Source: Nitrospiraceae bacterium (GTDB taxonomy: Bacteria; Nitrospirota; Nitrospiria; Nitrospirales; UBA8639). Taken from it: a stretch of 64,000 nt of DNA. Positions 18,866-27,922 of the stretch are shown in pieces. The stretch covers positions 495,625-559,624 of the forward strand of contig JACKFE010000002.1 in assembly GCA_020632635.1 (NCBI GenBank), written 5' to 3'. The translations under genes were made by a program, and so were the position numbers. Below the pieces are notes generated by a model. It was given only the letters and a program-made list of their open reading frames with translations, had not been told where the DNA came from and did no database searches. Within the stretch, counting starts at the first letter, position 1. Every line of letters begins with the position of its first letter.

Positions 18866-20526
18866 TAACCTTGGAAAAATGGGCCTCGTCAGTTTCGACT
18901 CGGAGAGGTTTTGGTTTTCCCTTGTCGTCACTCAATGACTGGGGCCTGGCCCTCATCTATACCTGTCTAGGGGCATTCCTATTTGTCTTGGCATATCCGC
19001 CCTGGAACTTGGGTGTACTCACCGGATGGATGGCATTCATTCCGCTATTGGCCTGCGTGGCCCACACCACCTACGTCCGTGCGGGAATGTTGGGATGGCT
19101 CTTTGGCCTGATAGCCAATCTCGGGGTTTTTCATTGGCTTTTGGCAGTTCCAGGCTTTCACTGGTACCACTTTTTTCTATTGGACGCCTATCTGGCCCTG
19201 TATCCGGCCGTGTGGGCATTGCTCGCTTGTCGATTCGCTCACGGGTCGTGGATGGCCCATCTGGCCCTCGCCGGAGCATGGGTAGTCTTGGACTACCTTC
19301 GTGGCCATGCCGGCTTTCTGGCCTTGCCATGGATCACACTGGCTCAATCGCAAATCGCGAACCTCCCTCTCCTACAATCCGCTCAGATTTTCGGGGAACC
19401 GGTCGTCACCTTTTTTGTCATATTGGGTAATTTGGTGCTCTGGAATGCCCTGGCTAAAAAAGAATTCCGAACCGCCTGGATCTGTGCCTGGCCAATCATC
19501 ACAGCCATGGCTTTGGGAGCAATCAGCCTCATCTCCAATGAAATGGAAGAACATCAAACAATTATCGTCGGAGCTTTGAAAACGGAATATCCTGCCAACC
19601 AGGTTGCAATGACTGATCCGACAGTCCGCTTTGAAAATTTGATGCGCTTTCTTACCAAGGAAACTCCTCGGGAAGTCAGGCTGATCGCCCTGCCAGAATC
19701 GACTCTGATCAACCCTCGACGGTTTCCAGCACAGATCGACAGGCTCCAAAAACTGGCCGAAGGACGAAACCTCACGCTGATAACCGGTATCGCGGAGAAC
19801 ACCAAATTTGACCGTTCCCCAGTGGATGAACTCTTTCCCTCCTCCGCATTGAGAAGCGGAGCGTGGATTTTCACTCCTGACAGACAGATTCCTGAGCATT
19901 ATGAAAAATCACGTTTAGTTCCATTTGCGGAAGAAATGCCCCTGCGACAATGGATAACATGGCCGACTTGGCTCATTCCGCCTCTTCCTGAAGTCGCTCG
20001 GGCACAAAGCCCTCTGACCTTTGCTATTCCCGGAAATATCCGCGTGGGAATCATGATCTGTTGGGAATCACTCTTTTCGGACCATGCCAGAACACTCATC
20101 CAAGACGAGGCCGCAATTCTGGTCATGCTGGCCAACGAGGGCTGGTTTACGGATCCGGCCAGCGCTCAGCACATTCTCACGGCATACATGCGCGCAGTGG
20201 AGACGCACCGACCGGTGATGGTCTCCAGTAATATGGGCGCTCCTCTTGTGATTGATCCGTTCGGCCGGCGGCTGAACACGACGGCGTCAGTCCCTGGGAT
20301 GGAGTGGGCCACAGCCCCAATTCCCCTCCTGAGGGAACCAACCTTCTACGTGAGGCATGGCGACGTCTTCGTCTTTGGGTGCGGTCTTTTCCTCGTGTCG
20401 ATAGGATTTTTTCAGAGTCTTCGCAATCTCACAACGAGATGCAGCTTTCTTACGAGAAGGAAAAAGATCAACCCTCATACTTCAAAACGAGATTTGACTT
20501 GCGGAAAGAGGTCCTCCGCCTGGTGA
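18862..20526 (+). CDS. lnt: Apolipoprotein N-acyltransferase
   Basis: N-terminal polytopic membrane region plus a C-terminal CN-hydrolase domain. Lnt-like blocks: LPESTL, YEKSRLVPFAEEMP, IMICWESLF, LANEGWF. Confidence 0.88.
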   Translation: MITLEKWASSVSTRRGFGFPLSSLNDWGLALIYTCLGAFLFVLAYPPWNLGVLTGWMAFIPLLACVAHTTYVRAGMLGWLFGLIANLGVFHWLLAVPGFHWYHFFLLDAYLALYPAVWALLACRFAHGSWMAHLALAGAWVVLDYLRGHAGFLALPWITLAQSQIANLPLLQSAQIFGEPVVTFFVILGNLVLWNALAKKEFRTAWICAWPIITAMALGAISLISNEMEEHQTIIVGALKTEYPANQVAMTDPTVRFENLMRFLTKETPREVRLIALPESTLINPRRFPAQIDRLQKLAEGRNLTLITGIAENTKFDRSPVDELFPSSALRSGAWIFTPDRQIPEHYEKSRLVPFAEEMPLRQWITWPTWLIPPLPEVARAQSPLTFAIPGNIRVGIMICWESLFSDHARTLIQDEAAILVMLANEGWFTDPASAQHILTAYMRAVETHRPVMVSSNMGAPLVIDPFGRRLNTTASVPGMEWATAPIPLLREPTFYVRHGDVFVFGCGLFLVSIGFFQSLRNLTTRCSFLTRRKKINPHTSKRDLTCGKRSSAW

Positions 20527-20555
20527 CCGGTAGAACCGCATGCTTTAGTAGGAGA

Positions 20556-22376
20556 ATGAAAATGAGATGCTCTGGAATAACTCGAATTTCTCTTCTAATC
20601 GTATTTTTTTTGGGAAGCCTTGCTCCCCTTTCATCAACCTGGGGGAGGCTCGCCCCGTACGACGGCATTGGTGGGCCAGGGGGAAATCCATTTTCCTTGG
20701 AATGCGGGCAATCAGCGATCTTGGTCGGAATAATAGGCCGATCCGGTTCGGTGATCGATCAGCTTGGAGGGTTATGCGTCAAGATCGATCCCGCGTCAGG
20801 CACCTGGGTCGGCGGGGTGTATGAAACAGCTCGAGCTGGCGGCAACGGGGGAGTTCCCTTCAAACAGGTATGTTCGGTAGGCGAGGCCTTAGCGGGTATC
20901 GAGGGAGCGACACGTTATTTTAGCGGGACCCTCCTGGTCTCCTCGCTCAAAATCGTCTGTATCCGGTTGCGGATTCGAATCGAGGACCAGCCTTCCATCA
21001 TGGGATACCGTCTGGTTGGCATTTATGGTGATCACGATCCGTTAAAAACAAGTGCCCTACAAGACTTGTGCTACCCACTCCTCTCGGGAACCAACCGTTC
21101 ACAGGATCAATGGAGTCCTGTTGGACTCAAGCTAGAGGGCCGGTCTGGCGTATACCTTGATCGCATTCACATACACTGCGGAAGCCTCCCCTTCGCCAAA
21201 GAAGGCTACAAAATCACCTTTGCCGCCAAACCTTCTGGTGTCATCCCAGAAGGGACTCCCCTGAAAATTACTTGGAGGGCGACTGGACCGATTCCAGAGC
21301 TTACACCTCCCCTTCAAGCCAGTTGGGTCATATTGGACCACACCCATAGCCGATCAGGAGTCATCGGTTCTCAGCCCGCCAAGATGACGCAGCCCTGTGC
21401 CTTTGCCAAAGCACCTTGTATCGACTCGTGGACCTCTTCACTCTCCGGGTTTGAGGTGACGTTTCTAAACCTTCCTCCCGCCAAATACTCTATCGTAGTG
21501 ACCGTGAGACCAAACGCAGGTGGCAACCAATCAGAAGGTCAATGGGAATTCGAAGTCAAAGACAATATCCTGCGGAAGATCTCTCTGTCGCCAAACCCCA
21601 TTGGTAGTGGCAGCACTACCACTGCAACGTTTGAGTTGGTTGGCCCAGCCCCCCTAAGCGGAAAAACCATTTATCTTTCTAGCTCCAACTCGGAACTGGT
21701 TCCAATACCCGAAACCTTAGTCATCCCAGAAGGGACCACCTCAGCCACGCTTCTTCTCAAGGCCAACTCGTTGACACTTGCCGGACAAACGACGATCCGT
21801 GCCTCCACCCGCAAGCCGGTGAAGGCCCTGGTTCCCTATAGTGCAAACTCGAAAATTTTCCAACGAGGAATACCTGATACAAGAGAAATATCTGATCAGG
21901 CAGCCCCGGAGGAAGATGCGACAGAACATCAGGCTCCAATCTTGGAGGGTCCAGCCCCAGAGCCACTTCCCCTAACCGATGAGGAAAAATCCGTCCAGTC
22001 GCTAGAGGACAAAGAAGCCCAAGATGCTTCTCCGCTCGACTCCCAAGTGACTGAACGTGGCATTAAGAGTTTTGGGAAACGCAATCTTTCCTCCCCAACC
22101 TTGCCAATCCTTTCACTCAAACCCAATCAAGGAACGATGCGAACCACACCCGAGGGTGCCAAGACTCCACCCCCTCCAGGAGTTCCCATACCCTATCCTA
22201 ATATTCCAAAGGAAAATGTCCTCAGCGGACCCTCCTCGATTCAAGAAAGGATGAAAATTGATACCCAGACTTTATCGAGGCCTGGCTCCACGAAAGAAAT
22301 CATACTGACCGTTCAATCATCGGCAAATCGCATCAACCCAACACTCAGGCCTACATTGCCGTCATTACAAAAATAA
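20556..22376 (+). CDS. Secreted protein with an N-terminal jacalin-like lectin domain, Ig-like middle regions and a C-terminal FQRGI motif plus acidic/Pro-rich tail
   Basis: ATG at 20556 follows TAGGAG. Signal peptide MKMRCSGITRISLLIVFFLGSLAPLSSTWG. GGPGGNPFSLECGQSAILVGIIGRSGSVIDQLGGLC is similar to the C-terminal domain of gene 52575..53543. Confidence 0.75.
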   Translation: MKMRCSGITRISLLIVFFLGSLAPLSSTWGRLAPYDGIGGPGGNPFSLECGQSAILVGIIGRSGSVIDQLGGLCVKIDPASGTWVGGVYETARAGGNGGVPFKQVCSVGEALAGIEGATRYFSGTLLVSSLKIVCIRLRIRIEDQPSIMGYRLVGIYGDHDPLKTSALQDLCYPLLSGTNRSQDQWSPVGLKLEGRSGVYLDRIHIHCGSLPFAKEGYKITFAAKPSGVIPEGTPLKITWRATGPIPELTPPLQASWVILDHTHSRSGVIGSQPAKMTQPCAFAKAPCIDSWTSSLSGFEVTFLNLPPAKYSIVVTVRPNAGGNQSEGQWEFEVKDNILRKISLSPNPIGSGSTTTATFELVGPAPLSGKTIYLSSSNSELVPIPETLVIPEGTTSATLLLKANSLTLAGQTTIRASTRKPVKALVPYSANSKIFQRGIPDTREISDQAAPEEDATEHQAPILEGPAPEPLPLTDEEKSVQSLEDKEAQDASPLDSQVTERGIKSFGKRNLSSPTLPILSLKPNQGTMRTTPEGAKTPPPPGVPIPYPNIPKENVLSGPSSIQERMKIDTQTLSRPGSTKEIILTVQSSANRINPTLRPTLPSLQK

Positions 22377-22408
22377 CCACATATCTAACGAGGACCACCA
22401 ACAACCCC

Positions 22409-23080
22409 ATGAAATCCCTGGCCTTTCTTCTCCAAACCCTTCTCCTTCTATTCGTATTAGAAATCGTGTTGGCCAGTTCCTGGGCACACACAAGCCAAGG
22501 AATGGAATCTTCATCACCATATTCAGTCCTACAAATTGATCACCCGATGGAGTTCCAAATGGAGGACAATCAGATTGTTCATCTCCCGCCTGATACCTAC
22601 GCCGTCTTTTCCGATGAAGCAGATCGTCTTCACATTCGCTCCCTTTCTATCAATACCTCCTACAACATTCCTGCAAACCTCATCTCTCATCAGGAATCGC
22701 TTCGAATTCCCCTAGCCCTCGTCATTGTCGAATCGGATAAGAGCAGACATATCACCCTGCTACTCCCGGATGGCCGAGGGTTGGATGCTATCGGAACAAC
22801 AATCATGATTCAGAGTCGGGGAGTAGGTCCTGGAGCCTCTTTTCAATTTTCACGAGAAAAGCGCTATACCGGCGTCATCCTCCAACAAGGCCGTGTCGCC
22901 ACCGACAACGACTGGAACGAAAAGGACTCCGTTTCGTCTACCGGCCCCTCAGACCAACCGCCCGAATCAACGCCCTCCTACGGAAAGGTGACGTTAGACA
23001 AAGGCCGTTTTCAACTCGATAGAGACGCTCGTCGTGTCTTATTCAGGAGATGCAAGACATGTTGGAAGTCACAGCAATAA
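22409..23080 (+). CDS. Small secreted protein made of the shared N-terminal module and a short tail
   Basis: Signal peptide (…LEIVLASSWA). The module ends HITLLLPDGRGLDAIGTTIMIQSRG. Confidence 0.75.
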   Translation: MKSLAFLLQTLLLLFVLEIVLASSWAHTSQGMESSSPYSVLQIDHPMEFQMEDNQIVHLPPDTYAVFSDEADRLHIRSLSINTSYNIPANLISHQESLRIPLALVIVESDKSRHITLLLPDGRGLDAIGTTIMIQSRGVGPGASFQFSREKRYTGVILQQGRVATDNDWNEKDSVSSTGPSDQPPESTPSYGKVTLDKGRFQLDRDARRVLFRRCKTCWKSQQ

Positions 23081-23343
23081 ACCATGAGACCCAGATAAAT
23101 CCCGGGCAAATGGCGCCGCTGATTCAAGGACAGCCAAAACGCCCCCTCCTGCGCATGCCGAGGGTTGGACCTGGGGCCATACGGCGACGCGGAATCGAGG
23201 GCGAACAACCGGATAACAGCACGAGTGAACAACCACCGACGGAACCCGGACATCGAAAGGAGAAGGCCCCCCGGGTGAATAAGCCCTTGACCGGAATGGA
23301 TCTGAATGAACTCAGGTTTCTGATCGCTGAGGAGAGCCAGTAG
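23050..23343 (+). CDS. Possible small ORF, or a frameshifted C-terminal extension of the preceding gene, carrying IRRRGIEGE and an acidic tail
   Basis: It contains the island-wide motif (AIRRRGIEGEQPDNSTSEQPPTE) but has no signal peptide of its own. It overlaps the end of 22409..23080 in another frame. Confidence 0.35.
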   Translation: MQDMLEVTAINHETQINPGQMAPLIQGQPKRPLLRMPRVGPGAIRRRGIEGEQPDNSTSEQPPTEPGHRKEKAPRVNKPLTGMDLNELRFLIAEESQ

Positions 23344-23424
23344 ATCATAAGCCGGCATGGGCAATTTCTGCGAAATAGAGAGTCAACAAGCGCAGTACAC
23401 CATCAACTTACACAGGAGACAAAC

Positions 23425-23856
23425 ATGCGTCACACAATGGCGGTTCTTGCAGTCGGCATCGCTATCTGGTTCTTCGGTCTGCCCCTCAACGCGCAGGCAA
23501 AACCCAAGTCCCAAGTCTTCGGGTGCACAACGGCAGATCTCAATACGAACTTCGGATCATCATGTACCCATCAAGCGGAGCAGGATATTTTGCAGGGACA
23601 TTCCTATATTCATATCTTGGTGTGTGAAGGCGGCCAGATGAAGTGCTGCACAATTAGCTCGACGAATCAAATCCAAACTTGTCGAAGACCAGCTGGTTCT
23701 GCCGCGTTGTTAGGGGGGGTCAACAAATTCAATCAGGGTCAGGTGTTCAGACGCGGAATCGAGAGCGAAGAGGAAGCCGACGAAGAAACGACGATTCCAA
23801 CATGGCTGACGGAGTCCTGGTTAAAAGAGCATGAAGGAGAAAAGCCGTCGAAGTAA
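23425..23856 (+). CDS. Small Cys-containing secreted protein with a C-terminal FRRGIESEEEADEE tail
   Basis: 143 aa. Signal peptide MRHTMAVLAVGIAIWFFGLPLNAQA. Six Cys in the mature part. RRGI plus acidic tail motif. Confidence 0.7.
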   Translation: MRHTMAVLAVGIAIWFFGLPLNAQAKPKSQVFGCTTADLNTNFGSSCTHQAEQDILQGHSYIHILVCEGGQMKCCTISSTNQIQTCRRPAGSAALLGGVNKFNQGQVFRRGIESEEEADEETTIPTWLTESWLKEHEGEKPSK

Positions 23857-24205
23857 GCAGGCGGGGGGGCTGGGCCATCCTTCCCCCCCAAGTACCGTTT
23901 TTCGAAAAGAGATCATCCTATGATGGTTATGATCGACTGGATTATCTGTAGTGATTCGGGTGGAATGACTGTTTCCCAGTCTTCTCGCCCAGAAACTCCT
24001 GAAACACCCTTGAGAATAAACACCATTACACGAAATCAATCCTCGAATTCTCTCATCGCCTGCGACCATCGGACTCAACAAAGCGGAACATCGTCCACCA
24101 AACGTGTTCGGTATCTTTCTCACGGGGGTTCATGAAAAGCAACTGAGGAGTAAGGAGAAGTATGTATCCCTAATTTCGTCCGGACAAACCCAAGGAGAAT
24201 CGTAC

Positions 24206-27200
24206 ATGAACATAAAACTTTCGCTTGTCTTGGTCTGGGGATTACTCGTAGGAGGAACCCTCGTCGTCCATCCTCCCTCCGTTGGGGCCATCGGCGGGCA
24301 ATTCGGGTTGGAATTTGCCATTGACGCGCCCTGGCGGCTGGAGCCGATTCCCACACAGATCCCTGCGGCACAACGCTTTGGATTAATCAAATACGGACCC
24401 ATTCCCATCGTCATTGCATTCCATGATGCCATTTTCGACGATGAGCGAGGATTCATCGCGAAACAATTTGTCGGACAGATTCATGTCGGGGCATTAAAGG
24501 AAATCCGTGTCGTAGAACGGAGCGCCCAAGATGGCCCCATTCCCACCACCGTCATTCCCCTACCCCAGTTACGGGAAATAGAAAGCAAACGAACGGTTTC
24601 GACCGCTCAAAGCGAACCCCCACATAAGGTGTGTCATCCGTACCTCGGAGAAGATTGTCGCTCCTTACATTGGATCAATGATACCCATGAATGGCATGCG
24701 ATGTTTTGGTATACACCGAAGAAACCCATCTCACCAGGGACCAATATCCAACTCGAAGTCACCGTGGTCACCGAGTACAGTGGGGATAAACGGGAGTTCA
24801 CCAACTTTCTGGTCGTCCATGCGGGCGAGGCCCCGTTACCTCGCTTCAGCAATGACTGGTTATATGGAGATTTTCATTATCACTCGCAAATGTCGGACAA
24901 CGAGGGAGAATCCGCCTATTCCTACCGGAACGTCGTGCGGGCTCTGGGCGCCATGGGGATGGATTTCGTGTTTGCGACCGATCATGCCTCCGGCGGTGTG
25001 CAGGTCGACGGGGGTGTCGATGTGTTTCGCTGCGGCAGTCAAGAGGGATTCAAATGCATTCCCAACCCCAATACGTGCCCCCTGCTCAAACAGCCCAGTC
25101 CGTGCAAAAAATTTGCGTGGACCGAAGCCCGGGATCTGAATTCGGCACGCTTTGCCGCCGCCAAACTGATTCTCTATGGGGCCGATGGCGCCAATGAAGC
25201 CATTGCCAAAGATTCCGATACCGGCGGGATCGCGAATCTCCGTTCACGTGGGTTGCTGCCCCAGGTCTTTATGGGTGAAGAGCTGGATGCCTGGCCGGAG
25301 ATGTCAGCCGAAGAGCAACGTCTGGGAATTATCCGATTCGGCGACGGCCTCCAGTACAAATGGCCCGATTCGAACAAATGCATCAGCAAAAAAGGCTTGG
25401 ATGCCTGCCGCACCATCTATTCCAAGCCTTACGCCGAGCGGGACCACCGAAGCTTCCTCGTTCTGGACGAACAAGGAATTCCCATCGAAGAAACCATCGA
25501 AGCGGAGCTGGGCGGCAGGCACATCTCTCTTTTCGGATCGGAGTTCAGTCTGGAAGGGATGGCAAAGGTCGTCAACGCCTTCGCTCCGGACGGCACCAAA
25601 CCGTTTGGTTCCCGCCAACACATCGTATATATGCCCTTCAACGCAGCCGGGGGAACCCCCATCATCCGAGACCATCGCGGGTTCATCTCCAGCGACACCA
25701 GCAAATTCGGGGGGGGAACCCGTCGCCTGGAAGAAGTCGCAGGAGAGATGCAATCCAAAGGAGTTGGGTTTTTGGCCCACCCGCTGGTCAGCCGTGGTCC
25801 GGGGGGACCAGGCCCCGACGTGGTTCCGTATTCTCAAATCGCGCTGGATCGGGCGTGGAGTTCTCCGGCCATTCTGGGACTGCAATTTTGGAATGAAAAC
25901 GACCGGCGCTTCGCCGGACCGACCAGACTTGAACCGGCCGTGATGTTCGACAACGATCGAAAATACGTGTACAACCTTCCCTGGGACCGGTTCAGAGTTT
26001 CCGATCCGAACTGGTATTGGAAACGAGGCACCGTTCATCATGGTCAACAACTCTACGACGAACTGTATCACAGCACCTTCACCTGGGATCAGTACCTTCG
26101 CAAAGGCCTGGACCCGTTACAGACACAAGGTCTGAACTGGTTGTCTAAAGGTGAACCGCGCAAGTGGTTTATGGCTGGCGGGTCTGATTCTCATGGTGAT
26201 TTGAACTATCGTCGGTACGGTCGGCCCTGCAACGGCCAATGGTGTGATGCCCCCGTCGGCGATACGGCCATCGGCAAACCCCGCAACTTGGTATTAGTCG
26301 GTTCCCCGCAAGGGGCACCAACACCCGCGCTTCCCAATGTGAAACGACATACGAATCAACAGGTCATCGACTCGCTTCGAGCGGGACAGTTCGGAGTCAC
26401 CGACGGGCCCGCCTTGCGTATTGCCATTGATAAAAATCGCAACGGCAAGATTGACGAGTCTGACTATCAAATGGGCTCGACCTTCAACTTCTACCCTGGT
26501 GAACACATTCCGCTACTCATTGAATGGAAATCTTCGCCGGAATTCGGCCCGATTTCCCAGGTCGACGTGTACGTCGGCACCCAGGCCAATACGTTTGCGC
26601 CCAAGGACCACGGACCAATCCTGCCACGAGGTCCGAATCGCAATGCCGAATATGGAGGGTACCGGCCAGACCCATCCAGCGTCCTTCAGATCAAGTTGAT
26701 GGATAATACCGTCACCAATACCGACGGCAATCAGGGTGGGAATTTGGCACCCAACATTACCGCAGAAACACCGTTCCATGGTCAGGCCCAGGTCTTTCTG
26801 GGTCCCAACCAATTCGGTCTCGCTCAACGGGACCACGCCTTGTTCTATGTCAGGGCCTTTGCCAAAACCAGTGGGCTCATCTTTGCCAACAACAAATTTC
26901 TGTTTCAATGTCCGAAGACCGACCTGGCGGGCAACAGTTGCAGCGGTCGGCTGGCCTACTCTAACCCGATTTGGGGGAGATACCAGGTTTCTTGTCCAGC
27001 AAAACAACATCCTTTGCCGAGCACCCAACCGGGGGTGTTGCAATTTTTCAAATCCTCTCCCTCCCTCGATAGCGATAACAATCATGTGCCAGACACCTGC
27101 GAGCGGGAGATTGCCGATCCCTGTCCGCCCGCGCCAGTCGTTGGTGGAGGTGGTCCCGGTGGACGACTGGGACAATTGACTCCGCTCGGCCAAGCCGGTC

Positions 27201-27565
27201 AGCCTGGAGTTGCCGTTGATCCCAGCCGCACCCCAAATACGCCGCAACCGGCGAAAGCCATCCCGGCCAATTCATGCCAGATGGTGAAAGCCCTTGCCGT
27301 GCCATCTCACGTGACAGACGTTCTGCCCTCCGGAGTCCTTCAAGCAGACGGAGTCCTGACTCCTTCCACCTCCCCAACTCCTACTCCACCGTCACCCGGA
27401 ACCGTGAAGCCGGTTATCCCAAAAGTGTTCAAATCCATCCCCTTCGGCATTCGGAAACGAGGGATTGACGAGGCTCCTTCTCACGAACCGGAAGCGGAAC
27501 TTCCTGCTGCTGAACCCATGCCGAATCAATCGGAAGGTGAAATACAGCCCGAGGCAGGCAACTAA
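24206..27565 (+). CDS. Large secreted PHP-domain-like metal-dependent phosphoesterase with a C-terminal Pro-rich region, RKRGI motif and acidic tail
   Basis: ATG at 24206 follows AAGGAG. Signal peptide MNIKLSLVLVWGLLVGGTLVV. PHP-like motifs YGDFHYHSQMSDNEG, FVFATDHASG and AGGSDSHGD. The C-terminus is FGIRKRGIDEAPSHEPEAE. Confidence 0.7.
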   Translation: MNIKLSLVLVWGLLVGGTLVVHPPSVGAIGGQFGLEFAIDAPWRLEPIPTQIPAAQRFGLIKYGPIPIVIAFHDAIFDDERGFIAKQFVGQIHVGALKEIRVVERSAQDGPIPTTVIPLPQLREIESKRTVSTAQSEPPHKVCHPYLGEDCRSLHWINDTHEWHAMFWYTPKKPISPGTNIQLEVTVVTEYSGDKREFTNFLVVHAGEAPLPRFSNDWLYGDFHYHSQMSDNEGESAYSYRNVVRALGAMGMDFVFATDHASGGVQVDGGVDVFRCGSQEGFKCIPNPNTCPLLKQPSPCKKFAWTEARDLNSARFAAAKLILYGADGANEAIAKDSDTGGIANLRSRGLLPQVFMGEELDAWPEMSAEEQRLGIIRFGDGLQYKWPDSNKCISKKGLDACRTIYSKPYAERDHRSFLVLDEQGIPIEETIEAELGGRHISLFGSEFSLEGMAKVVNAFAPDGTKPFGSRQHIVYMPFNAAGGTPIIRDHRGFISSDTSKFGGGTRRLEEVAGEMQSKGVGFLAHPLVSRGPGGPGPDVVPYSQIALDRAWSSPAILGLQFWNENDRRFAGPTRLEPAVMFDNDRKYVYNLPWDRFRVSDPNWYWKRGTVHHGQQLYDELYHSTFTWDQYLRKGLDPLQTQGLNWLSKGEPRKWFMAGGSDSHGDLNYRRYGRPCNGQWCDAPVGDTAIGKPRNLVLVGSPQGAPTPALPNVKRHTNQQVIDSLRAGQFGVTDGPALRIAIDKNRNGKIDESDYQMGSTFNFYPGEHIPLLIEWKSSPEFGPISQVDVYVGTQANTFAPKDHGPILPRGPNRNAEYGGYRPDPSSVLQIKLMDNTVTNTDGNQGGNLAPNITAETPFHGQAQVFLGPNQFGLAQRDHALFYVRAFAKTSGLIFANNKFLFQCPKTDLAGNSCSGRLAYSNPIWGRYQVSCPAKQHPLPSTQPGVLQFFKSSPSLDSDNNHVPDTCEREIADPCPPAPVVGGGGPGGRLGQLTPLGQAGQPGVAVDPSRTPNTPQPAKAIPANSCQMVKALAVPSHVTDVLPSGVLQADGVLTPSTSPTPTPPSPGTVKPVIPKVFKSIPFGIRKRGIDEAPSHEPEAELPAAEPMPNQSEGEIQPEAGN

Positions 27566-27696
27566 CCAAAGGATGAACAAACCCCAAGCAAGAAGGTGCC
27601 CATGAATTCGTATATTTCTAGACGAGATCAACTCCCTACTCTTGAAACCGGGTAAGTCTGCACGAGACTCCTCCACCGAAATCCGCCTGAAACCCC

Positions 27697-27730
27697 GGCT
27701 GGGCTTTCATAACGAAAGCCCAGCCTTTTT
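27697..27730 (+). terminator. Rho-independent terminator
   Basis: Perfect 12-bp stem ggctgggctttc / gaaagcccagcc, loop ataac, followed by TTTTT. It lies downstream of gene 24206..27565. Confidence 0.85.
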
Positions 27731-27922
27731 CTCTCAATTTCTCCACAAAACCCCTTTTGCCTTGACATTTCCTAGCAATTCCCTTTTAGTGGACCGATCC
27801 CAATACAACGACATTCTGAAAAGTGCCAAAACGGGTGAACCGAACCTCCCATGAGATCGACTCATGGGATAGATGACTATTTTTTTACTTCTTTCTAAAT
27901 AATAAATGAAGGGATACAGCCA

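Noticed and set aside
23861-23890. G7/C7 hairpin after gene 23425..23856, considered as a terminator
   Set aside because: The stem consists only of homopolymer G:C pairs around a 13-nt loop, and there is no adjacent U-tract. Too weak to annotate.
25176-27247. ORFs of 240-255 aa on both strands inside 24206..27565 (25176..25943 +, 25304..26071 -, 26513..27247 -)
   Set aside because: They are off-frame or antisense to a 1,119-aa ORF that has PHP motifs and a signal peptide. Their translations are Arg/Pro/Gly-rich, as is typical of shadow frames.
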